NCBI RefSeq assembly: GCF_022539665.2 | Contig: NC_081334.1 | Location: 1,984,001-2,048,000, forward strand | From: Daphnia carinata | Taxonomy: Eukaryota | DNA: 64,000 nucleotides | Reading direction: 5' to 3' | Shown: positions 12,301 to 22,602 of the stretch, one piece after another | Layout of the letters: the number at the start of each line of letters is the position of its first letter | Position numbering within the stretch: the first letter of the stretch is position 1 | Notes under the pieces: generated by a model | Databases searched by the model: none | Told to the model about the DNA's origin: nothing | The model's input: the letters and a program-made list of their open reading frames with translations, nothing else | Position numbers and translations under genes: made by a program

Positions 12301-15209
12301 GCCACCTGAAGCACCTTGGTTAATGCTGCAGGTTCTTCCGTCAAATAATGGCGTTTCTCCCATAAAAGCTGGAGGTAAAAAAATGTGTTATGGTAATATC
12401 AATACCTAATATGAAAATGTATGTGTGTACCTCGCGTTGATAGAGATCCATCTTGGCAAAGGATCCGCTGCGGATTATATCCATTAGAGAGCGTTGCGTA
12501 TTATCATCTAAAGCACTAAAATCACGCAGTTCGCCAATCGGAATGGGTTCAACTTGTGGAAATTGGATGTCAGCATCATCCAAATCAGGCATTTCTATGC
12601 TAAGCAATGGGGTTAGATGGCCACGAGGATGGCGTCCGGCTGTGGGTACGTAGCCAGAGCGTTTGTCCGAAGCTGGAGGCCATAAAGGAAGAAGGCGATT
12701 ACCTATACCATTGAACCGGATTTCGTAAATATTAAAAAGAAAACTAATTAAGCCAGTTAAAGAGCACCTTGTTCGAGCGTCCAATTTGGATCACCGTAAC
12801 GGAAAAAATTCTGTGCTGTCCAGCCAAGTTCGACGTGCTCGGCTTCTGACCCATTTCCTGGATCACCATCCGCCTTTTTCCTTCGGCCATAGACGGTAAG
12901 AACAAGGCGTGATTCACGGGGCAGAGTACAAATCGCCACGCTACTGAAACTGATCACTTCGTCAAAGACGACCCGGTTCGGGAAGAAGACGGCTGATCGG
13001 GTACTGGCTGTACCGAACACTAATTGGCTACGACCGACCGACGTAACACCATGCAAAAGTTCGATCCTCACTTCATACGTGTCGAAATTCCAGGTGGATT
13101 CCAGTCGATGCAGAGCACCTACGCGGAAGCCGACGCAGTCTAGAACTCCAGACGATTCGTAAATTTTGACAGAATCAGGTGCAGGGGGCAGAGCAAAATT
13201 AACACGGAAGGCGTAAGTGTAAGCACTCATAAGTTTACGAATGGCAACGATAAGTTCAACACAATTAGTCCGCAAGCGATTTTGACCAGGTAGGACTACC
13301 ATGGAATAAGGGCCGTCTTCACCGACGATTTCAGCCCGGTTCGAACCTCTCGTGTTAGAGTTATTACAAGTAAATACAATATTATCTAAGGCCATTGTTA
13401 GGTCTGTAGTTTCTATACAGCCCAGCAACGCGCAGAGAGCTGTAAACAATAATAAGACGCCACTTTATTATTGAAAAGCGGTGAAAATAATAAGCCTTAC
13501 CTTTGACAGATTGAAGCAAGGCTTTTGGTTGTGTCGGGCTAAAGTTTGCTAAGAGACGGTCGATCTCTCCGTGTATCGTATCAATAAGAACGGCGATCGA
13601 AGCGTGAGTGAGCGCGTCAGCTGGTTCTCTCGACAATAGATCTTCAACCTGAATTTGGACATCCTTGATGTCGTCCTCAGCAGTACGTAGCAAAGGTTTG
13701 GGCACTTCATCAACGTGGAGCAAACACAATAACACATCCTTCTCCAGCTTGATACAGTGGTGCACGTATTCGTAGTCGCAAAGGCACGATTTAGGCAATA
13801 AAAATTCAGCCATGCCCCAAACTTTAAGCGCATATTCTTCCGGCTTGAGTTGGCTAGTGGCACCCAACTCACAAACTACGTGGCTGATTACATGATCCAC
13901 TCGACTGCTAATATCACATGTGAAGTTGATTATTGGATGGTCCATTGATAAATGTACCGCCAATTTAACCGATATGGATTCGGTGTAACTTGAAGCCACC
14001 ATTGGGCTAGTCTGCAAATCAACAGTAAACAGTAAATAAACAAGAAACATTACCCTAAAAAACAAAGCATCCTCTTACCACGTAACCTGCATTGGTTTCA
14101 GTTTCATCATATCTGAATCGTGATCGAACTTCACGAACTAGGTTGACAAACGTGACCAGCCCCAAGTCTCCGGCACCGGTGTCAACTCCGGCCACTATTA
14201 CCTTTAGAGATGTATCCTTATTTTTATGTGCTGGTGGGACAATAGACTGTCTTTTGTTTGACGTTGTGGCTGGTTTGACAGGCGATTGCTCTTTCGTCAG
14301 CACTTCGTAGATCGTTTCGGGAATGCTACTGGCGTGAGCCGTAGATGGATCTTCAAATGATCTCTGGCTCAAGCCGAGAAAATAGTCAAACGGGTCATAA
14401 TCTTGATCGAGAAAAAAATCGTCTGTCTTATTCTTTTCTGTTGAAGAAGTGCTACAAGTAACGGGAGTCACCATCTGCTCTGGTATTGGGTTAGAATTGA
14501 GCAGAGGATCAAAAGCTCGGAGAATGCTGTAACGAGGATGAGTGGTTTCGACAGCCAAATCAATAAGATTCCGATTGAACATGCTTTCATCAAATGAAAC
14601 AGGTCCCCTTGTGACTGTGTTGAGCTTAGGTGTTGGAGTTACTGGTGGAGGGAGTATTGGACTTGTTGGTAACGGTTTAATCAGATGTTGCGGCATACTT
14701 TGAAATGATGTATGATTATTAGGTATGAAGACTGCATGACGACTGGATCTGTTAGGTGGTCCATTCAAGTTTGGAAAGGCCAAATCTAGTTCTTGAAAAA
14801 GAAATGAGTCTTCAGGGTTTGCAGATTGGGCCCTGACTGGTGACATCAAATTAATCAGATCATTTGAAATCGGGGATTGTGACAGTTGTCTTCTAGGGAT
14901 TGGTGGAGGAACTAGTCCCAATGTTTGGGTGTTGGAGCCACCAGGTCTTGGTCTGGGTTTGATCTCAACTCTTGGAGAAGATGATTCCATTGATGGACTC
15001 CGAGAAGAACTAACACTCTTTGCTCCAACTGTGGCATAGACAGGGCTGGGCTCTCGACTGGTACGAGGGACTGGGGCCGACTCTTTAAGCTTTTCTTGTC
15101 TGAATTTGTCCAATGCTGCTGTTTCCAAAGACAAAGCTTTAGCTTTCTCCAAATCTAGTTGAAATCGACGTTCGGCCTCATCAATTTGCAGCTTGTGACA
15201 ACTATCCAT
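9362..15209 (-). CDS. Pi3K68D: Class II phosphatidylinositol 3-kinase (PI3K-C2), multi-exon
   Basis: Ras-binding, C2 and helical domains; kinase motifs [18 protein letters not shown] and [10 protein letters not shown]-terminal PX ([13 protein letters not shown]) plus C2 ([10 protein letters not shown]), which is diagnostic of class II. Stop TGA at 9362-9364. Confidence 0.95.
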
Positions 15210-15846
15210 GTTTGATAACAGCCAAGAATACTAGATTAAAATATCATGCCAATACATTCGAAGAATACGGTAGTTTCGGTTGCATAGCTAAGCTTAAAAA
15301 ATACTGATGGGGTTGTCTGTTTCCAAGACACTTAAAAATCTTGTACACACTTTAACTGTCAAGTGGGAATAAAAATAGCCGCAGTGCCTGGATATTGCGG
15401 TGGACCTAATGGCAAACCATTGGCAGGCACTCGCACCGGTATCAGCCCCGCAGCGCACCGGAAAACCATCGATCGGGTCAGACGGGGTCGGAGTATTTTC
15501 CGACTGATTGGGGAAATGAATGCATCATCGGAAGTTAGCTTATCATCCTTACATCACCGTGTACTTACGCGTGATTAGTAAAATACAATTGCCGTAACCT
15601 CCATTTACCTGTTTAGCATATTTCAACGCACAAACAAGCGCTTAACATGCGGAGCCTTGCAAAGAATACTTCCGTTACTTCTCCTAGTATACCTTAGTAT
15701 ACTTTATGGTAATACTCACCTGCTAGGCGCACTACTGTACGCCCTACTGGTGTTAGACACAATAAGGAGAGCAAAAATCGGTATCAGAGAGGGTTACATA
15801 TCTCGATGTTTAGCTGCCATATTTTCTGTGCGCTAACTCCAATAAA

Positions 15847-16644
15847 ATGGCCAATTTTATGGAACGACTTTTCCAACGCTTTCAGAAAGTTTTACATGAA
15901 CCCGGAATGATAAACGATATGTTGAGGATAGCCGAAAACAACACTGGGGTGGATCGGATCTACATCGCTCCCGGTAAAACCGTGAAAAGCATTAAGATAT
16001 GAGACTATTACAGGGTTCCTAATAGCTTTTTTTGTACTAAGGCGCTATCGGCTTTCTTGCTGTCTAATTAGTTGTTGGTTTTGGTGCCCAACTAGTGTGT
16101 AACTTCATTGGATTCGTTTATCCTTCCTATGTATCGATTGAAGAAATCGAAACGAAACAAAAAGATGACGACACGAAGTGGCTTACCTATTGGGTTGTTA
16201 ATGCATGTTTCGGCATGGTCGAATTCTTTTCGGATATCTTACTGTCCTGGTTCCCACTGTATTGGCTAGCAAAGGTAAATTATTGCCTAAACCTATACAA
16301 AGGAGGTGCAATAAATTATACCAGTATTATTTGAATCAACATTGTGCTTTCCTGGTATTCTGCTTTGCCCCAACCACATGGAATGGGTCAACAATAATCT
16401 ATAAAAGCATTATCCGTCCACTTCTTTTAACTTATGAGTCAGATATTGACCAGGTTACTACTGCATTCAGACAGGAGGCTGACCAGGCTGCTGCAGAGTT
16501 AACCAAAATATTAAAACCGACATTGGCTGCAAATGGTACATAAATACCTTCTTTCATCTAATATAGATTTTCACAAAGGTTAATGCTGGCTTTACGTTAA
16601 TAGTACAGACATTCAATGACACAGATAGCAAAAACTGTTTTTAG
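15847..16644 (+). pseudogene. REEP5: REEP5/6 (DP1/Yop1, TB2/DP1/HVA22 family) homolog with disabling lesions
   Basis: Spliced translation matches the family ([38 protein letters not shown]). In-frame TAA at 16065-16067, and the expected intron-2 acceptor reads CAT instead of CAG (16341-16342). Confidence 0.7.
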
Positions 16645-17261
16645 GAATATTCATAAGCTGCCTACAGGAATTCATGGAATTTGGTTGGCAGCATCCAGTT
16701 CATCACCATAAGTGGGAAATGCCCTCTATACATCAGCACATAGATATGTAAAGAAATAAATGTTTTTGATTTAACGCAAATCTTTTAAATGTGATCTGAA
16801 CCTGTCATAAGCTTGCTTGAGTCTCTCAGACTGCAAATCTGCATATTCAGCCAACATTCAGGCTTCTCTCTATATCAACCATTGAAAATTTTTGTGTACT
16901 TCCGAAATTTTCACAGCTAAAATAAGGCCACAAGCTTTGCAAGCTAGATATTACTATTTTAGGTTTTTAATCCACTTCATGGCGCAGTTGTTTTTATGAG
17001 TCTAGCGTCTGCAAGACAAGGCAATCTGTATATTCCTTTCGGAAGACACATCTCTACAGGGTATTTACCCGGAGACTCGTAAAATCATCTTGGCTGCCAC
17101 CTAAACAATATTCGCGTTTTTCATCCTGTGTTTTCCGAAAAATTAAACGTAGACGGAGGAACGAAAGAAAACTACAGTAACTGAGTTTCATCGTCTGCTT
17201 ACAACCGTGCTTACAACGACTGCATGGAAAGCGTCTCTGGCAACCGAATGGGTTGACTGAA

Positions 17262-17557
17262 GTTACCCCATAATCTCAACTCCTCGAACTGCCATTCGAA
17301 TAAATTTTTATTTAACGTATCCTGAAAGTGTCGGAGCAAAAAATGTTTTTATGTTAGTTGATGGATGTATATAGAATATGACAGATTTTGGTTGTAGAGC
17401 ATGAAATATACCAGATATGAATAACAAGTGCCAGTTGTATTGTTTCTCGAGACAAGAGCGCGAAAATATCCGAACATAAAAGAATTCCCCCCCCCCCCGT
17501 GCTTAAGAAATTTCAATAATGCAATAGAAGAAAAAAAAGGCGTGCGTACATTCGGCA
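17262..17557. repeat. Dispersed ~290-bp repeat, copy 1
   Basis: Aligns by eye with 19292-19576, e.g. shared cttaagaaatttcaat.atgcaatagaagaaaaaaaggcgtgcg.acatt and ttctcgagacaa. Confidence 0.8.
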
Positions 17558-17608
17558 AGTACCAGGTGCCAGCCTATTAGTCTGTCATCTTGAACACTGG
17601 TTTCTGAC

Positions 17609-17864
17609 TGCCTTTAATTCGCCCACTAGCATCGCCCACTGTAATTTTGCTTCTTATTTTGATTGCCTTTAATTCGCCCACTAGCATCGCTCACTGTAAT
17701 TCTGCTTCTTATTTTAACTTGCCTTTAATTCGCCCACTAGCATCGCTCACTGTAATTCTGCTTCTTATTTTGATTGCCTTTAATTCGCCCACTAGCATCG
17801 CTCACTGTAATTCTGCTTCTTATTTTGACTTGCCTTTAATTCGCCCAATAGCATCGCTCACTGT
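17609..17864. repeat. Minisatellite, ~4.6 units alternating 55 and 56 bp
   Basis: Unit tgcctttaattcgcccactagcatcgctcactgtaattctgcttcttattttga(c)t starts at 17609, 17664, 17720, 17775 and 17831. Confidence 0.95.
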
Positions 17865-18680
17865 TATCATATACCTATCGCCTACTATCAATGCTCCCTT
17901 CCACTACTTGTTCGCGTTGATGACATTCTCTCCAGGTGGGACCCTGTAATCACCAGATGTACGCACGCCAATACATATTTGTATTGCCAACTCTTATATA
18001 CAGTTGATTTCATGAGTAAACTGCGTTAACAACGATCCCAGTACCATTTTTCTTTCTTGTACAAAGTAAAATAAAACATTTTGGGGAAAAAACAAATGAA
18101 CTTTGAAGGAAATTTGATAGGCTACCGATTGCATGATTGAAAATAAACAAAAAAATGATATTGACAACTACAAAATGAAAGAAACTTACAAACTACCTCC
18201 CTAGAATGCGAATTTCACGCAATCTGGTCTCACCCTTAGCGACGTGCTTGACCCATGTGTCTGACGTTTATCATTTCTGGCTTTTCCTCATGCGAAGGCC
18301 TAGGGTTAGCTCCGGCGTTGTCGTCATGGAAAATTTTAATACACGTTTATTGTTAATTTTTTTTTTTTTAGTTTTTTAAATGCAATATCAATACTTGTTC
18401 ACCAGTATAATATTTTTTATTTAATAAAATATTATTTTACTAAATAACGGTGTGTTTTCAATGAGATTAGTGTAACTTGCCCGCTACTTTAGCGCCACCT
18501 CATGGTAGTTTGTACACATTTCAATACTTAAATTTTAATTATAAATCATTACATTTCATATTTTAAGTTACACTATGACATTCCTTGTGTTACCAGGAAT
18601 CTAAAAATTATATTTGTATTACTTTTAAACTAAAAACAATGCCCGAACGAAGGGCCCAAAGTTTTCGATTTTTTGTAGTT

Positions 18681-19072
18681 TTCCCTTCCTCCCATTTGTA
18701 CACGAAATTTAAAAAATCATTATCTAGGAAACTATAGGTCCAAAATGCAAAATTTGAACAGAAATGAATAGACCTCATCAGGGGCTATCCATTTCTGTAA
18801 AATTTGAATAAGAATTTTCATAAACAAAAAAAGTTTAAGCAAAAGTTTTTTGTTTGTTTTTGCGGTCTATGAATATACTCGACCCAATAGGCTTAAGTAA
18901 AAGATAGCACGCCTTTTCATGTTTTTTTGTTTATGTAAATTATTTTAAAAATTTAACAGAAGTAAATAGCCCTCGTAAAGAGCTTTCCATTTCTGTAAAA
19001 AATTTTCATTTTGGACTTATAGTTTTCTCAGTAATAATTATTTTAGTTTCGTGTGTAATTGGGGAAAGGGGA
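18681..19072. mobile_element. Fold-back/MITE-like element with ~150-bp imperfect inverted arms
   Basis: 18681-18832 is an imperfect reverse complement of 18922-19072; each arm contains an internal palindrome acagaa...ttctgt. Confidence 0.65.
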
Positions 19073-19291
19073 TTCCCCGAGACCCGTTAAACCGCACCAA
19101 CCTACCCGAAAAATTGTCAATCGGTTACACTCAAGTAGGTATTTTTCAAGCAATTTGGTTATTTTCAAAATACCAGTCGAAACCAATACGACTTACCACG
19201 AACATGAAAAATAAATAAAGCAAATTTAAGAATAAAACAAAATGTGTATTTCATGAAACGGGGCAAACAAGGTACAAATCGGCATAATCGG

Positions 19292-19576
19292 GTTACCAGA
19301 TAATCTTAACTCCACAAACTGTCATTCGAATTAATTTGTATTTTAAGTACACTGAAACTTTCGTAAAACAAACTGTTTTTATTTTAGGTGTATGGATTTT
19401 AGTTGTAGACCACGAAATAGGATGAATACCAGATTTGAATAATAAATGTCACTTGTATTGCTTCTCGAGACAAAGGCACGAAAATATCAGAACAAAAAGA
19501 ATCCCCGATAAACATGTATAATACTTAAGAAATTTCAATCATGCAATAGAAGAAAAAAAGGCGTGCGAACATTGGC
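19292..19576. repeat. Dispersed ~290-bp repeat, copy 2 (same orientation as copy 1)
   Basis: Diverged direct copy of 17262-17557. Confidence 0.8.
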
Positions 19577-20627
19577 TAACCACTGCCGCCAACGATTTCG
19601 CGGCAGAAACTACTCGCCGCTGCTGGAAGTTATATGAAGATGCTGATTGGTTTACCGTCTGATCACGTGATACTTTTTCTGTTGTTTTTGGCGGGTATTG
19701 TTAGAGCTTCCATTTTGTATCTTTCGTTTGTACGTGATACAATGTCACTCATTTCCCACCAATAATTGCTATCTCGTTCCTAATAATGGGATTCAGAAGT
19801 GTGAGCAAGATTCCCAACGAAAGGATTAAAGAAGTAAGTAATGTTTTACCATAAATATTGGACTTTGTTCGTTGTAGAATTTTTGTCCATATTGCTGTAC
19901 TTGTGTGTGTGTGTGTGCTTATTGTGGAAGCAGACGTTCTTACTTTTAAGCTATCAGTTTGTTAAAACAAAATGTCGTCAAGATGGAGGTTTGGAGGAGG
20001 ACCAAGAAACCGCTATTGTAATACTACCTGCGAAGACAACAGGTCTGTGTTTTTACTAGGATAGTGTTATTGACGACAAAAACGAGTTATTGAAATACTA
20101 ACCTGCTAAACTACTAACAAATACAATATTTTACTAACAACAAAAACTTATTGGTATCGAAGAGGGTCACATATCCCGATGATTAGCTGCCAGCATCCAT
20201 GAACCTAGTGGCCATGGGGAGGCTTACGAACAACCTACGGTCTACGATTACCTCTTCTCTACCTCAGTTTGTGGGTCGATCTTTAACGTGTAGTGAACGG
20301 TCTTTAACGTGATACTACAGATCGATGTGAAACGTCTGTATACGTGTAGGTGTGTGTGTGTAGTTTTTTTAATGTGCCATTTTTAGCCCCTTTATAGTAG
20401 GCATGGCTCTTCTTTTTTCTTCTCTGCTTATTTCTTCTTTCTTGAGCGTTTTTTTTCTTTCTTGTGCGTTGTAATGTTCGAAGTGATGAGGATGTAGAAT
20501 CTTGCGTAATCCGATGAGATGAAGAATCTTGAGAATCCGTTGTAATGAAGAATCTTGCGAATCTTGAATGCCAGGGAGGTGGGAGGGCAGAGAGGGTGGT
20601 GGGAGGAGAGCGTGGAGGGTTTGGAAA

Positions 20628-20702
20628 TTGGAGGTGGCGGGATTCGAACCTCGAACCGACAGAATACAAAGCGTGGGTGATAACCACTGTGCCAGGACCG
20701 CA
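20628..20702 (-). other. Degenerate tRNA-like element (Pol III A and B boxes)
   Basis: Minus strand TGGCACAGTGG ... GGTTCGAATCC at tRNA spacing; the acceptor stem does not pair. Confidence 0.6.
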
Positions 20703-20778
20703 CAATCAAATCAAATTTTGCTTTGGATGTCACCTATTAAAATAGGCAGCTTATATATATATTAGTGCAAGTAAAGCA

Positions 20779-20835
20779 TGGGGCTGTGACATAGTATACG
20801 GCTGCCGTGCTGATTTCATGGGTTCGAATCTTTGT
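20779..20835 (+). other. More degenerate tRNA-like element, divergent from the previous one
   Basis: B box GGTTCGAATC at 20821; weak A-box-like TGACATAGT upstream. Confidence 0.35.
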
Positions 20836-21158
20836 TAATATGTTATTTAAACATTTTTTTTTTTGCGTTTAACAATTTTTTGCCTTTGCTCGTCGAATCA
20901 CCCACACGCTTTTTATATCGTAGATAAGATGCCATCACGGTAATATCACATTATCATTCATAAAACGTCTACTGACAGACAAATCTGCTAGTATTTTGTA
21001 TTCCCAACGAGAAGCCGCGATTATGATAACAAAAATGTTTTGAAGAATTTCCCATAAATCCAAAGAAAGGATAATACCGGATTACCGAGGTCAAACGGCG
21101 CAGTTTTCTGTTATTAAGATTGGGGGGCAACATTTTTTCAAAATCGTTTAACGAAAGC

Positions 21159-21611
21159 TTAGGCCACGGCGGACTTTTCGAGAATATAGGCCGGTGCAGA
21201 CTTTTCGAGCCAATACGCCTGTACAGACTGTTCGAGACTATACGCCGGTTGCGAATTTTTCACAAGAACAGGACGGAACGGACTTCTCACGAGAATAGGC
21301 CGGCCGAATTTCTCGAAAGGATAGGCAGGTACAGACTTTTCGAGGATATCTTCTGCGGCGGACTTTTCGACGGGGTAGGCAGCGACGGACTTCTCGATAG
21401 CATAGGCCGATTCAGACTTTTCAAGACCATAGGCAGAATTGGATTCGTCTAAAGGATAGCCCGAACGAAGTTCCCCAGATGCAGTAGAGGCCAATACTAG
21501 GATTGATAAAACAATCTGCAAAAGTAAAATAAGATTTTGCTACATAAGAGATTTCATTAAACGTTTCATCTTAGAATGTAAATTTGTTCGTGTACACACC
21601 AGGGTGTTCAT
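21159..21611 (-). CDS. Small secreted protein with ~9-aa AY-x-[LIVF]-EKS repeats (structural, cuticle or eggshell-like)
   Basis: Exon 1 MNTL|GT (21611-21600); exon 2 after TTTGCAG (21515-21159). Signal peptide IVLSILVLASTASG; repeated AYxxEKS; upstream TATA box. Confidence 0.8.
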
Positions 21612-21689
21612 GTTGAACGGTGTTTACTGGCTGTGCTTCATGCAGTAGGCAAACCGAAGTACATTGACGATTAAAATAAAAACCACACG

Positions 21690-21696
21690 TTTTATA
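21690..21696 (-). promoter_or_regulatory. TATA box of the small secreted protein gene
   Basis: TATAAAA on the minus strand ~80 bp upstream of the ATG. Confidence 0.55.
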
Positions 21697-22602
21697 CCAC
21701 TTGGAGCACTGCGCAGCAAATTGGTTGGACAATATGAAACATTAAGGCTGAAAAACATCTGTTGCGAAACAGGTGTAAACAGTTTGTCAGGATTACAAGC
21801 ATGTAGGTGTCTACGTTCAACTAGAGTTGGTTGACATACCGGTTGAATGCCTCGTAAGTGTATCACTAGGACAGGTTGACAAATAAACTGCGCTCTGCGC
21901 TGGCATGTACGCAGTTTTTCACACAACCACTCCCGGAACTATAACAGCCTGGAAGTATATTTTAGCATTTTCCACAAGTGCTACATCCATGGCTAAATAA
22001 CTGTGACCCCCAGAAGGTGTGATCACGGATATGCAACAAGTGCGAGAAACGTATAGCAGCTGTCCGAGATCGCTGAGTCACTGTGCTGTTGCGCATTTTG
22101 TTTATGTTGTACAATGCACGGATATGTCGTGACCGCTGTGGACCACAATTGGCCTCACGTTAGTAATTTTTTTCCATTTCCAATTGAGATAATTCGTCTT
22201 GTCCACTTATCGTCTCATAACTGAAACGTATTATAAAACATACAGTACGTCTGAACGCAATGCCATGCAGGCTTAGGACCTTCCGCATGGTACATCAAGA
22301 AACAATAACTTGCAAAAACAAACACGTAACTGACTGAGACTAACAGTTTAAATCAAATTCGAAGGCTTTCTTTTTCGCCCATTGCTCACCGGCAATGTGG
22401 TAAGAACATTTTGTAAATCTTACCAAATTTTGACGAACCCTGGATCATTATCGATTTCCCCTTTATTTCCGTTGACAAATTTTGTGCTCCGTTGATTCCT
22501 TCGTTCCCCTCCTTTGTGGGGCAATAAATAAAACTTTCAATTCAACACAGTCCAGCGTGAAAAAAGTAGAACTTGTTTGCTAAAAAGCTTCTGAGCTGTT
22601 AA

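Noticed and set aside
17609..17864. CRISPR-like appearance and ORF 17647-17949
   Set aside because: No unique spacers, eukaryotic context, and the ORF is a by-product of the 111-bp period.
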